A stretch of DNA of 64,000 nucleotides from a virus (taxonomy: Duplodnaviria; Caudoviricetes), in IMG/VR virus record IMGVR_UViG_3300021431_000016, positions 1,906 through 65,905 of that record; one strand, given 5' to 3'. The translations under genes and the position numbers were made by a program. The notes below the pieces were generated by a model, which was not told the origin of the DNA, ran no database searches, and saw nothing but the letters and a program-made list of their open reading frames with translations. This document shows positions 46,704 through 55,852 of this stretch, piece by piece. Position 1 is the first letter of the stretch. Each line of letters begins with the position of its first letter.

Positions 46704-49700
46704 ATGAAGAAGGATATAGCATTCGGTGGTGTGACCCGCATCCCTGGGGGAGCGTTGAGCAGCGACGGTGACCTGATGACCGCCGTTGATGTGTGCAATG
46801 ACGGCATGGGCCTTGAGATGCTTGAGAAACCAGAGCTGCTGTTTGGGCTCGAGGACGGCGAGGAACTGCTGTGCGTGCATGACCCCGAGGGAGACGAGAA
46901 GCACTACATCACGCAGATGGTGGTGGCAGGCGGGGATGCCCCCGCCGAGGAAGATGGCGACAGCTCTGGAGGGGCATCGGTGGAGCCCGACACTCCTGAA
47001 GAGACAGTGCCGGTGAGTGATGACCCCGCAGAAATCATAGACCCATATATAGAGCCTGTGGTGCCATCGGGCGACCCTGCTGGACAAGACGAGGAGAGCG
47101 CCTCGGCCGACGTGGTCCCATACCAGCCACCTTCGGGTGACGAGCTCGTGGTGATCGAGACCGTGATAGCGGGGGAAACGACACGCCACATAGACAACGG
47201 CGGCACTGTGGTGAACCCTCCAGGAGGTGGCGGCGGCACGGTAGACCCACCAGAGGAGTCAGGCGTGTTCCTGATTTTCCGTGACAAGGACGGCAACATG
47301 AAGCAGCACATAGACATCACGGCGTATGGTAAAGTGACGGCGGTGCAGCCCATGGGCAACACCCTCGTGTGCAACCATGCCGGCACCGCAGAGAATGCCG
47401 CAGCGGTGCGCTACTACCTGTTCAAGCTTGACAAGGGCCTGTACTCTCCCCTGGGGAGCGCTCCCCCTATGGTAGACATCAGGTTCGGGTTGCAGAGCAC
47501 CTGGGAGTACTACCCGAAGACCAAGAGCACGTTTGACGGCTCGGAGTACAAGACATATGGTGGCGTGAGCATTGACAGATGGTTCTATACCGACACCGTG
47601 CCGGTGTGGTGGGCCAGAAAAGCGTCGGAGGCCTATGTGCCGCCCTATGACCTTGCGGTAAACGCCACGCACGGCAGCGATGACTCGGGTTATCACTACA
47701 ACGCGAGTGAAGAGGAGGTGACATCCACCACCCGCCGCATGGAGCACTTCCAGACGACCTACAGCGTGGAAGGTGTGGTGAGCCCCGACAACAAGACCGA
47801 CGTGGCGGGTGCGAAGATAGATTGGACAACAAGGGTGCTGGGCAGCTACAACAAGTTCATCGCCGAGCAGCACAAGGAGAACAAGTTCGTGTTCCCCTTC
47901 TATGTGCGCTATGCCTACGAGCTTTATGACGGAAGCCTGATAATGCACTCCTACCCTGTGCTGATGATTCCCAACTCAAGAGGCCCCATCTTCGCCCTCG
48001 ATGGGCGGTATGGGCTATTTGCCGACATGAATGACAACAACCAAACATACGAGAAAGTGCGCCTGTACTTCAGGGGCCGCACCTACGGCTTCGCCAGCAC
48101 ACTGATGCACAAAATAGCGGCGCTGACGACCGAAGAGCAGGAGCGCCTTGAGAACTGGAAAGACCTGATAAGGGGCATCGCAATATATGTCACTCCACCC
48201 ATCTACAACTACAACCAGGGCGGACAGGTGCTTGGCTGGCACTCGATGCACTCGGCCGACCCCGCCAACAATAACGAAGACCCCTGGGAGAAGCACTACA
48301 CCGTGGGGAAGGTGGTGGATGCCAACGGCACCCGCCTGACCTCGGGCGAGACGAAGATGGACTACGCCTTCGCCCACTGGCTCACCAATGACACCTTCGT
48401 GCCGTGGGACAGCACCTCACAGCACAAGGCCCCAGGCTACTGCATGACGGTGCCGATGAAGGAAGACAAAGAGGTGCTGGAGTTGCATGAGAGTGCTGGG
48501 CAATTCTTCAAACTCGCGGAGATAGAATATGACAAACTCATAGAGATGACCCGCAACGGCACCACTGACGGCAAAGTGGAGATAGGCAAGCGGAAGCTAA
48601 TGTCCATCGCCAGTCAGGACCAGATGCAGGATGACAATGGGAGCCACGACACGAAGAGCGCAGAGGTGCTGTATGGCTACAACAGGCGGCTGAACATGGC
48701 TGGCGTGGAAAAGGTGCTGCACTCACCAATAGCCCTGGAGAGCCAGTGGGCTCACGACTATAACCTCGACAACCACGGCAAGATGTATCAGGAGATAGTG
48801 AGTGTGGCGAATGGCGGCCGAACCGCGACGCTGCGCACCACCGGCAACAACATGGCGGTGTCATCGCCAAAATACCTGTTCTACCCCAACACCTATGCCC
48901 GCGAGATAGTGCTGGTGAAGGACGGCACCACACTGAAATACAGGTTCAAGCTCAAGGAGCACAAGGCGCTTAACGGCATGTTCTGGTTGGGCGACTTCAT
49001 GAACAGTGCAGACTGCATCAACGACAGCCTGCTGACAGGAAGCGCGGCGGCGGCGATAGACGTGAGTGGCGGCGAGGAGAATAAGAGCGTGGACGAGAGC
49101 AACAAGATATACACGAGCGAGACCGACAACCCCTTCGTGATACCCTTCGGGAACATCAACATTGCGGGCGGTGGTGAGGTGCGTGCCCTGTGCAGCGCAA
49201 CGCAGGCGATGAGCCAGGGGCAGTTCGGCCAGCACCCGCTTTACTGCTTCACGAGCGAAGGAGTATGGGCTCTAACGGTGAACGACACAGGCGGCTGGGC
49301 AACGATACAGCCTGTGACAAGAGACGTTATCAGTGAGCAGACAAAGCCCCTGTCGCTTGACAGCACCGTGGTTTTCCTCACTGAACGAGGCCTGCTTCAA
49401 CTCGCAGGCTCGGACGTGAAGGTGCTCAGTGACGTGCTGCAAAACGCTGACCCGCTCACAGGACTGAATAAATTGACGGCACTGTGTGACGCGACAGGCA
49501 ACGAGGGCCTGCTCGGCATCGCCACGGCACTCGCAGAGGGCAAGTTTGGCGAAAAGGCATGGCTCGGCTACGATTACGACAACGCGCGCATATATGTCAC
49601 TCCATGGGACGACGGCAAGACCTACGGCACCCACGGAAGCTGGGTGTATAACCTCAAGAGCGGACTGTGGACGCAGGCGAGCACCACAATAGACCGACAA

Positions 49701-50099
49701 GTGCCTACATATCCCGAGCTTGAGACGCAGAGTGACGGCAAAGTGGTGAGAATAAGCGTAGACAGGGCCGTACAGGGCAATTTGCGCGAGAAAGGCCTGG
49801 TTATATCACGCCCGATTAAACTCGCTGATATGGGGCTTTTAAAGCGTTGGCGCGAGATTGCTGTGAGAGGCCGCTTCAAACCTTATTCAACCGCTGTGCA
49901 GGTGGCGTTGTGGGGTACTCGTGACTGGATTGATCTTGCCCTTGTGGCGAGCTCGACACGCAACAGGCTGACGCGCTGGAGCGGGAGTCCCTACTTTGGC
50001 CACTCGGTGGGCCTATTCCTCACGCGCCCAGACTACGCCATGCAGGTGGCGGGGATGGACGTGGAGGTGGACGCAGAACACGACAACAAACTACGATAA
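46704..50099 (+). CDS. Tail nozzle / stabilisation protein candidate (beta-propeller-like)
   Basis: 1131 aa beta-rich protein in the portal operon; IYTSETDNPF, FGQHPLYCFTSEGVWAL, VVFLTERGL motifs typical of short-tail nozzle proteins. Confidence 0.65.
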   Translation: MKKDIAFGGVTRIPGGALSSDGDLMTAVDVCNDGMGLEMLEKPELLFGLEDGEELLCVHDPEGDEKHYITQMVVAGGDAPAEEDGDSSGGASVEPDTPEETVPVSDDPAEIIDPYIEPVVPSGDPAGQDEESASADVVPYQPPSGDELVVIETVIAGETTRHIDNGGTVVNPPGGGGGTVDPPEESGVFLIFRDKDGNMKQHIDITAYGKVTAVQPMGNTLVCNHAGTAENAAAVRYYLFKLDKGLYSPLGSAPPMVDIRFGLQSTWEYYPKTKSTFDGSEYKTYGGVSIDRWFYTDTVPVWWARKASEAYVPPYDLAVNATHGSDDSGYHYNASEEEVTSTTRRMEHFQTTYSVEGVVSPDNKTDVAGAKIDWTTRVLGSYNKFIAEQHKENKFVFPFYVRYAYELYDGSLIMHSYPVLMIPNSRGPIFALDGRYGLFADMNDNNQTYEKVRLYFRGRTYGFASTLMHKIAALTTEEQERLENWKDLIRGIAIYVTPPIYNYNQGGQVLGWHSMHSADPANNNEDPWEKHYTVGKVVDANGTRLTSGETKMDYAFAHWLTNDTFVPWDSTSQHKAPGYCMTVPMKEDKEVLELHESAGQFFKLAEIEYDKLIEMTRNGTTDGKVEIGKRKLMSIASQDQMQDDNGSHDTKSAEVLYGYNRRLNMAGVEKVLHSPIALESQWAHDYNLDNHGKMYQEIVSVANGGRTATLRTTGNNMAVSSPKYLFYPNTYAREIVLVKDGTTLKYRFKLKEHKALNGMFWLGDFMNSADCINDSLLTGSAAAAIDVSGGEENKSVDESNKIYTSETDNPFVIPFGNINIAGGGEVRALCSATQAMSQGQFGQHPLYCFTSEGVWALTVNDTGGWATIQPVTRDVISEQTKPLSLDSTVVFLTERGLLQLAGSDVKVLSDVLQNADPLTGLNKLTALCDATGNEGLLGIATALAEGKFGEKAWLGYDYDNARIYVTPWDDGKTYGTHGSWVYNLKSGLWTQASTTIDRQVPTYPELETQSDGKVVRISVDRAVQGNLREKGLVISRPIKLADMGLLKRWREIAVRGRFKPYSTAVQVALWGTRDWIDLALVASSTRNRLTRWSGSPYFGHSVGLFLTRPDYAMQVAGMDVEVDAEHDNKLR

Positions 50100-50166
50100 C
50101 AGTTGCATATTAGTTCTTTAACCAAAAAAGAAAGGAGGCTTTGATTCTACACATTTTTTGGAGGCG

Positions 50167-50199
50167 CGGCGGGGCTTGTGAAAGTGCCGCCGTTTTTTT
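50167..50199 (+). terminator. Intrinsic terminator of the portal operon
   Basis: CGGCGG..CTT-GTGA-AAG..CCGCCG followed by T7. Confidence 0.75.
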
Positions 50200-50227
50200 G
50201 TTTATTGGGAAGAAATGTATACCTTTG
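50197..50227 (+). promoter_or_regulatory. Consensus Bacteroidetes promoter with no downstream ORF
   Basis: TTTG (50197-50200), 19 nt, TACCTTTG (50220-50227). Confidence 0.7.
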
Positions 50228-50230
50228 TAG

Positions 50231-50297
50231 TGTAATTTTTAGATAGTGCCCCGGTTGGGCACAAAAAAAGGACGACCTGTGAAGGCCGTCCTTTCTT
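50231..50297 (+). ncRNA. Candidate ~65-nt trans-acting antisense sRNA
   Basis: Begins just after the promoter with TGTAATTTTTAGATAG, then a GTGCCC/GGGCAC hairpin, then a terminator hairpin. Confidence 0.55.
50263..50297. terminator. Bidirectional terminator closing the leftward operon
   Basis: A7-GGACG..CCT-GTGA-AGG..CGTCC-TTTCTT. Confidence 0.75.
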
Positions 50298-50308
50298 ATG
50301 GGCAGATG

Positions 50309-50527
50309 TCATTTCCATTTGACCGACAACCGGCATCCAAGTCCGTCAACGATGCGGACAATGTTCTCAAGTGACACGTTGCCGCCGTTCTCAAGCCGCA
50401 GCACTGATGGGTGGCTCATCCCTGCCTTTTCGGCGAGTTTGCGGGCGCCCCACCCTTTTTGCTGGCGTCGCTCTCGTATGAGCGCGCCGAACTCTTCCAT
50501 TGCTTTCTTTATTTCCTCTTCGTTCAT
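50309..50527 (-). CDS. XRE-family HTH protein (Aca-like position)
   Basis: LIRERRQQKGWGARKLAEKAGMSHPSVLRLENG. Confidence 0.85.
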   Translation of the reverse strand: MNEEEIKKAMEEFGALIRERRQQKGWGARKLAEKAGMSHPSVLRLENGGNVSLENIVRIVDGLGCRLSVKWK

Positions 50528-50892
50528 GGGATAATTATTTTTGCGCCGAGCGCGTTAAGTAACTTGTTTGCCACATCAATAGTGGGCGAGAAGCGCCCTG
50601 CTTCGATGTTGACGACTGTTGACTTGCTGACCCCTGCGAGTTCAGCGAGTTGTCTCACGGTGTAGCCTTTGGCGCGCCTGTGCTGTGCTATCTCATTGCC
50701 GATGCGCACCCTTGTTCGGTAAGGCTCGTCAAGCACGATGTCGTAGAGCGGGGTGATAGAGCCTACCTGTAAGTAGGCGTTGTTCTGTTCGTCCACCCAC
50801 ACGGCCTTACCGTAAGACGATGTGGGGTGTTCGGTAGTGGAGTGGACTTTGATTTCCTCTCCTGTGGATTTGATGATTAGTGTTGCTGTCAT
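50524..50892 (-). CDS. Two-domain protein with C-terminal XRE HTH
   Basis: IAQHRRAKGYTVRQLAELAGVSKSTVVNIEAG; N-terminal TTEHPTSSYGKAVWVD domain. Confidence 0.8.
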   Translation of the reverse strand: MTATLIIKSTGEEIKVHSTTEHPTSSYGKAVWVDEQNNAYLQVGSITPLYDIVLDEPYRTRVRIGNEIAQHRRAKGYTVRQLAELAGVSKSTVVNIEAGRFSPTIDVANKLLNALGAKIIIP

Positions 50893-51365
50893 AGTAATGT
50901 CAAATCTTCGCTAAAACATATAGTAAGTTCGCCGTTAGGAGTTTCGTAGATTGCATCAATATTATACTTGTCTGCATCGGCAAGGTCAAGTTTGACTGCG
51001 GCATTGGTATAGTCTCTTGCGGGTATCAGGCCGTAGGACTTGATAGTTTGCGCCACATCTTCGATACATGGCTCTTCTTCACAGATGAATGGGTCGCCGT
51101 TGTAGGTTGCTATACTATTGTAAACCTTTTGTTTAAGACTAACGAAGATAGCTTCATCTAAATACTCCTCAAGGATTTCGGCGTGACGGCGGTTTGCTTC
51201 ATATGCCTTGTTTCCTGTTATCTCTCCCTCGCTGTTGACGTGGAACGTCTCGCCGTATTCTTCCATAGTCTGCTCAAGAGCATCTTGCACCATGTTGTTG
51301 AGTTCGTCTAACAGGTCGTTCTCTCTTGCCTTTTGCTCAAGGCGAATGTAATCGGTTGTGTACAT
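50889..51365 (-). CDS. Acidic hypothetical protein
   Basis: Clean ORF with A-rich leader. Confidence 0.65.
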   Translation of the reverse strand: MYTTDYIRLEQKARENDLLDELNNMVQDALEQTMEEYGETFHVNSEGEITGNKAYEANRRHAEILEEYLDEAIFVSLKQKVYNSIATYNGDPFICEEEPCIEDVAQTIKSYGLIPARDYTNAAVKLDLADADKYNIDAIYETPNGELTICFSEDLTLL

Positions 51366-51377
51366 AGTTGTAAATGT

Positions 51378-51674
51378 TTAGAGTGTTCTACGATAGGTGT
51401 TGATGTCAATGTAGCGAATGCCTGTACGGCGCGTTTTGCGGTAGTTGTAGTCCATGAACTTGCCTTGGCTATGGGCATACCAACCAAAGCGACTTGCGCC
51501 CCTGTCGGTAGCGTGTTTCAAGAGCAGCTGCCTTGTATATCTGGGCATTTCAACCACCTCAAAGACATGGATGCAATAGTTGCCTTCGTTGAGGTCGCGG
51601 AAATACTTGCTCTTGTTACCTCTTACTTTGATTGGGAAATCTTTCCCAAGTGGATAAATCTCAAAAGTTGTCAT
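51378..51674 (-). CDS. Hypothetical protein
   Basis: ORF preceded by GGGGCAA hairpin copy A. Confidence 0.65.
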   Translation of the reverse strand: MTTFEIYPLGKDFPIKVRGNKSKYFRDLNEGNYCIHVFEVVEMPRYTRQLLLKHATDRGASRFGWYAHSQGKFMDYNYRKTRRTGIRYIDINTYRRTL

Positions 51675-51814
51675 AGTTCTGTTGCGGAATTTAGCGAGTT
51701 GCCCCCTCGCGAATTTGTTTGCAAAGATAGTGAAAGTTTTGAATGTACCAAAAGATTGGTACGGAAATTTTGTAGAGTGGGACAGGCTCGCCCTGTCCTT
51801 GCGCAGTCGTTAGA

Positions 51815-52018
51815 TTAGTGAATGAAATAAAGCCAATAGCCATCAATGTTGATTGTTTGGTCGTTGAGTGCATCGCTTAACTCCTCAAGGGTTAAAACTT
51901 GTGTCTCGTGTTCCTCGCCTCTCATAGCAAGTCCGTACAATTCGTACTCGTTCATTCGGTCAAGATTGTACCTGTCGTACTTGTCAATGTCGAATAATAA
52001 TGCTTTTGCCGCTTTCAT
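51815..52018 (-). CDS. Small acidic hypothetical protein
   Basis: ORF with TATCTAAAAATTACA leader. Confidence 0.65.
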   Translation of the reverse strand: MKAAKALLFDIDKYDRYNLDRMNEYELYGLAMRGEEHETQVLTLEELSDALNDQTINIDGYWLYFIH

Positions 52019-52064
52019 AATGTTGTAATTTTTAGATAAATAATTAAGTTGATTAACTCATTGT

Positions 52065-52108
52065 GGGGAGTGTTGGTATCGCTCCAACTGCGGTCATTCC
52101 TACTCCCC
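52065..52108 (-). ncRNA. tRNA-like half element E1
   Basis: GGGGAGT/ACTCCCC stem stacked on GTTGG-AGCGATA-CCAAC, 3' ACAA. Confidence 0.55.
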
Positions 52109-52115
52109 TGTGCCG

Positions 52116-53387
52116 TTATGCCACGGCTTTCAACAAGTGCATGTTGTCGTTGCACAGGGCAACAATCTCGTTGTGCTTGTCGGTATACTTGTTGCACACG
52201 CCACGCGACTGCATGACTTTGTAATGCTTGGTGTCAATCTCAATGGTCTCAAGACGCGCCCCTGTGTGCTTGTCGCGGGCAAACAATATGAGGGTGTCGG
52301 CCTCTTTGTAGTACTCGTTCGCGAAGACGCAATGGTGCATGTGCTTGCCCTCAAGGCGTATGTCCTCAACAGACTGGGCGACCTTAATCTCAATGTCCTC
52401 GTTGCCGAAATAGACAGAGAGGTATTTCTCATGCAACTTGCGGTAAATCTCTTCGTACCGCTTTGCCTTTTCTTTGTCGGCCTTTTCCTTTAACTTCGCC
52501 TTTGCTCGCTCCAAGCGGGCAGTTGTGCGCGTGTGCGCCTGTGACAGGTCGGACGGGCAGACGTAATGGGCGTTGTGGGTGTCAAGTCCTAACGCCTCTA
52601 AGTCGCGGATGTAGTCGCACCACTCATCGGCATTCTGCACGATGTAGTTGTTGCGGTTGCAGATGCGCACCGCATGAAGCGGTATGTCACTGCGGTATCC
52701 TCGGACGTGCCTTGCTACCAATGAGTGTTGCCCTGTCTTGAGGAGTTCCTCGGTGATGGGGTCGGTGAGCAGATGGGTGTAAAGCGACACAGGCGATGCG
52801 CCAATGTCCTTGCGGGTCGCTCCCTTGGTTCTAAGCACAGGGAGCAATGACTCCCATCGGTTGTACTGCGAGTAGATGTCATACTTGCCCCAACTCCTTG
52901 TATAGGGCGCGGGGTCGTGCTTGATGCTCATGGGAACTGAAAACACCCAAATATCGTAATACCATGAGTGCATATTGACAGGGCGCGCCATGATGGTGCG
53001 TTGCCCCTTTTCGTTTATCCACACCTGTACCGCCTCGTTGACTTGGTATTGTGTGGGTTTGCCCTTGCGGGCGGTGCGCCACACAACGAAATGGCGTGCC
53101 ACTTGATAACCTCTAAACGTGGTGTGGATGGTGGCGTAGTCCTTGCGGTCTTCGGTCGTGTAACGCGCGCTCTTGATGGTGTCAAACTGGCGCCCGCAAT
53201 GTGGACACGTTGTTGCCCCTGTCTCCATCACTCCACCACAGGACACACACCATTGTTGGTGCTTGGTGTGGTAGGCGGTGGCGGGGTTGGCGTTTCTCTT
53301 TAGTGCTCGCTCCTGTGTCTGTGTCAGGGCGGGCAAAAGAGGTGACAAGCTCGCCACTTCTTTCTCTGTTCTTGTCCTTGGTCTCAT
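52116..53387 (-). CDS. PcfJ-like protein
   Basis: Zn ribbon CVSC..CPHC; C-terminal EGKHMHHCV..Y..LILFAR..RLETIEI..QSRG..N. Confidence 0.85.
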   Translation of the reverse strand: MRPRTRTEKEVASLSPLLPALTQTQERALKRNANPATAYHTKHQQWCVSCGGVMETGATTCPHCGRQFDTIKSARYTTEDRKDYATIHTTFRGYQVARHFVVWRTARKGKPTQYQVNEAVQVWINEKGQRTIMARPVNMHSWYYDIWVFSVPMSIKHDPAPYTRSWGKYDIYSQYNRWESLLPVLRTKGATRKDIGASPVSLYTHLLTDPITEELLKTGQHSLVARHVRGYRSDIPLHAVRICNRNNYIVQNADEWCDYIRDLEALGLDTHNAHYVCPSDLSQAHTRTTARLERAKAKLKEKADKEKAKRYEEIYRKLHEKYLSVYFGNEDIEIKVAQSVEDIRLEGKHMHHCVFANEYYKEADTLILFARDKHTGARLETIEIDTKHYKVMQSRGVCNKYTDKHNEIVALCNDNMHLLKAVA

Positions 53388-53394
53388 GGCGCAA

Positions 53395-53871
53395 TCAACT
53401 GAATGGGTCAAACTCTGCGAAATCGGCAAATAAGTCCATTTGCTTGCTCTCTACAGGCTTTTTCGCCTTTGGTTGGGTTGTCGCCTTGGTGGGGGCAGCA
53501 GGCTTCGTTACAACGGCTTTCTTGGGCGCGGGTTGTGCCTTGGGCGCGGTCTTCTTGGGTTGCGCCTTGGCGGTCTTGTTGGTGTCCTCGGGTTTCTCCA
53601 ACTTGGTGTTAACGATGGTGCGCACATTCTTTACCTCTTTGAGGTCTTCCTGTGGCAACTCGGTTGCCTCGTAGTAGGTAACCGCCATGCCAAAAATCTC
53701 TGAGTCATCAAAACCGATGCGGTCGGTTTTGCGTACTTGGTTGAGGATGTAATAGCAACACTCCTCAACTGATTTGTCGGGGTTGTGGTACTTGAGAGCA
53801 AACTGCTCATCGTGCTTTGCGAGCGCGTCAAGATAGGCGCGGATTGCGATTTGGAAAATGTCATCTGTCAT
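53395..53871 (-). CDS. PcfK-like protein (family recalled to include the Cas9 inhibitor AcrIIA9)
   Basis: FQIAIRAYLD..DEQF..K..KSVEECCYYILNQV..GFDDSEIFGMAVTYY; Lys/Pro tail, QMDLF end; adjacent to pcfJ-like gene. Confidence 0.8.
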   Translation of the reverse strand: MTDDIFQIAIRAYLDALAKHDEQFALKYHNPDKSVEECCYYILNQVRKTDRIGFDDSEIFGMAVTYYEATELPQEDLKEVKNVRTIVNTKLEKPEDTNKTAKAQPKKTAPKAQPAPKKAVVTKPAAPTKATTQPKAKKPVESKQMDLFADFAEFDPFS

Positions 53872-53929
53872 AATGGTTCTACGGAATTTTAGGTGTTGCC
53901 CCCACCTCTATAGTTAGAAAAATAATTGT

Positions 53930-53974
53930 GGGTGCGGGAGTCGCGAACTCCCTGTCGGCTGAACCGAAGCACCC
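53930..53974 (-). ncRNA. tRNA-like half element E2
   Basis: GGGTGC/GCACCC stem, TCGG/CCGA arm, GGGAG-TTCGCGA-CTCCC arm, 3' ACAA. Confidence 0.55.
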
Positions 53975-53980
53975 TGCGCC

Positions 53981-54217
53981 CTAAAGGGCAATAGTGAGTT
54001 GTGTTGGCTCGTTGGTTAACAACGGCGCGAAATCAAAAAGCCAACCACGGAGCAGCACGCCTGTAGTGCCGTGCGCTATGTGGTTCTTGATGTAAGCGGT
54101 ATCGCGCTTGCTCGGTCGCTTGCCGTTCTCCCACAGGGCGAAACACAAGCGGTAAATGTCGGTATCACGCAACGTGTCAAGGCTCGGCACGTTGTCAGAA
54201 TATTGAACTACTCTCAT
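53981..54217 (-). CDS. Hypothetical protein (start re-set to MRVVQY)
   Basis: ATG 11 nt after the upstream stop. Confidence 0.55.
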   Translation of the reverse strand: MRVVQYSDNVPSLDTLRDTDIYRLCFALWENGKRPSKRDTAYIKNHIAHGTTGVLLRGWLFDFAPLLTNEPTQLTIAL

Positions 54218-54228
54218 AGCGGTAAGGA

Positions 54229-54585
54229 TTATGCGCCAAAACCTAACGCGGTTGCTACCTCTTTGCCCCTCTTCTTGCTGAAAATCCAGCCTGCGCCACA
54301 TTTTAGTTTGGGGTTGAATCGGCCACCCAATTTCTTGAGTTGCGCTTTGTGTGCCTTGGTGTCGCCCACGATGGCGAAAGCCTTTTCGCTATAGTCCACG
54401 AAGCGAAGCACAGGCTTCTCGGTGGTACGTTGCGCCGTCTCGGTCTCGGCGTGGAGATCTCCACCCTCGCCCCCGTCCTCGGTGGCTACAGGGGTGGCGT
54501 GGTCGCTTAAACGCGCCTTGCCTGTCTCCTTTAACTCGGTAAATAACCCCTCTACATTGACCTTTTGAATCGTTGCTTTACTCAT
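54229..54585 (-). CDS. Protein with VDYSEKAFA..GDTK..LGGRFN domain (seen in polyvalent and leading-region proteins)
   Basis: C-terminal motif VDYSEKAFAIVGDTKAHKAQLKKLGGRFNPKLKCGAGWIFS. Confidence 0.7.
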   Translation of the reverse strand: MSKATIQKVNVEGLFTELKETGKARLSDHATPVATEDGGEGGDLHAETETAQRTTEKPVLRFVDYSEKAFAIVGDTKAHKAQLKKLGGRFNPKLKCGAGWIFSKKRGKEVATALGFGA

Positions 54586-54708
54586 AGTTCGTTTGCAGAA
54601 TTTTTCGTGTTGCCCCCACGTTTAAAAGTTATTGCTACCCTCGCCCTGTGTGTAGGGCGAGACGCTCACGGCTTAAAGCCTGTTTTACATCGCCGTGACG
54701 ATGAAGGG

Positions 54709-54930
54709 TTAATCTTCAATTGCGATAGGCGAATCCTCTGCACCACACATTTTTGCACCATCTGCAAGTTTTTGTATCTCATCAATAGTCGTTTTATACA
54801 ATACAATAGTGTGGGAAGTATCACAGGTATAACGAACAAAGAACGAGTGGCGTGTAATGGTTAAATACCTTACCATTGCCAAAAAGTCATTGTAATAAGT
54901 GTATTTAACTTGATAGCCTTTTGTTTCCAT
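54709..54930 (-). CDS. Small hypothetical protein
   Basis: A-rich leader; resembles the neighbouring 54942-55163 product. Confidence 0.55.
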   Translation of the reverse strand: METKGYQVKYTYYNDFLAMVRYLTITRHSFFVRYTCDTSHTIVLYKTTIDEIQKLADGAKMCGAEDSPIAIED

Positions 54931-54941
54931 AGTCGTAAATG

Positions 54942-55163
54942 TTAGAATGTTAAGTAATCTGCTTCAACTCTAATAGGGAATTCCGTACCCCACATTTTTG
55001 CGCCCCGTGCGATTTTGTCGGCTTTGGTCTCATCAATGCCATCAATCATTATTCGCTCGGTGTCTCCATCATAGAAGAATGAAATTTGCATAGTAAGTAA
55101 ATGCTTTACTAATGCTCTGCGGTCTTGCATTGAACTCGCAATGAAATAAAATACAATGTCCAT
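54942..55163 (-). CDS. Small hypothetical protein
   Basis: TATCTAAAAAATTACG leader. Confidence 0.55.
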   Translation of the reverse strand: MDIVFYFIASSMQDRRALVKHLLTMQISFFYDGDTERIMIDGIDETKADKIARGAKMWGTEFPIRVEADYLTF

Positions 55164-55212
55164 AATCGTAATTTTTTAGATAGTTATTAATTAGGTTGGT
55201 TGTAATTGAGTT

Positions 55213-55257
55213 GTGGCGGGCGGTGTCGCTCCACCTTACAGGGTCTGCCCTCGCCAC
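55213..55257 (-). ncRNA. tRNA-like half element E3
   Basis: GTGGCG/CGCCAC stem, AGGG/CCCT arm, GGTGG-AGCGACA-CCGCC arm. Confidence 0.55.
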
Positions 55258-55265
55258 ATTGGGGG

Positions 55266-55508
55266 TTATTGTAACTCCTTAACTTTGATATAAAAATGGT
55301 GCGTGTTGCTTTTGGTCTCTATCCTGTAGCAATTTTCCATTTCCTCGCGCCCTTCCTTGAATGTCGGCAATTGCCTGTATTCTTCAATGATTTTGTTATA
55401 GGCTTCTTTGGCTTTCTTTGCGCTGCTATATGCGCCCACAATGGTAGTATATTCGCAACTTACATATTTAGCCAAATGCATCAATATGTGAACTCGTTTT
55501 ATAGCCAT
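55266..55508 (-). CDS. Small hypothetical protein
   Basis: IVGAYSSAKKAKEA pattern common in small phage proteins. Confidence 0.6.
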   Translation of the reverse strand: MAIKRVHILMHLAKYVSCEYTTIVGAYSSAKKAKEAYNKIIEEYRQLPTFKEGREEMENCYRIETKSNTHHFYIKVKELQ

Positions 55509-55511
55509 ATT

Positions 55512-55799
55512 TTAGGGGTTGTTTAATATATTATTATCTACTCGCAGAACTGAATCTACACTATCACAAGCGAACATAAAATCGTCCGTCTCGCTCCATG
55601 CGTCGTCCCAAACAACGTCAAGTTGCTTGGTTGTCATGTTGTAGTAGTCGTAGCCGTTGGCAATACACCACGCCCTGAAGCGAGGTTCAAGCATCTCTAA
55701 CTTTTGGTCGCGGTTGTGGTCTCGTTGGGATTGTATGCCCGCTACTAATGACGGCACACAGGGCGTGAGTAACGCCACAAGTAAAATTAATTTCTTCAT
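55512..55799 (-). CDS. Secreted or periplasmic hypothetical protein
   Basis: MKKLILLVALL signal-peptide-like N-terminus. Confidence 0.65.
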   Translation of the reverse strand: MKKLILLVALLTPCVPSLVAGIQSQRDHNRDQKLEMLEPRFRAWCIANGYDYYNMTTKQLDVVWDDAWSETDDFMFACDSVDSVLRVDNNILNNP

Positions 55800-55852
55800 G
55801 ATTGTAATTTTTAGATATTAATAATATTAGGGGGATTGCTCCCCCTGTGTGG

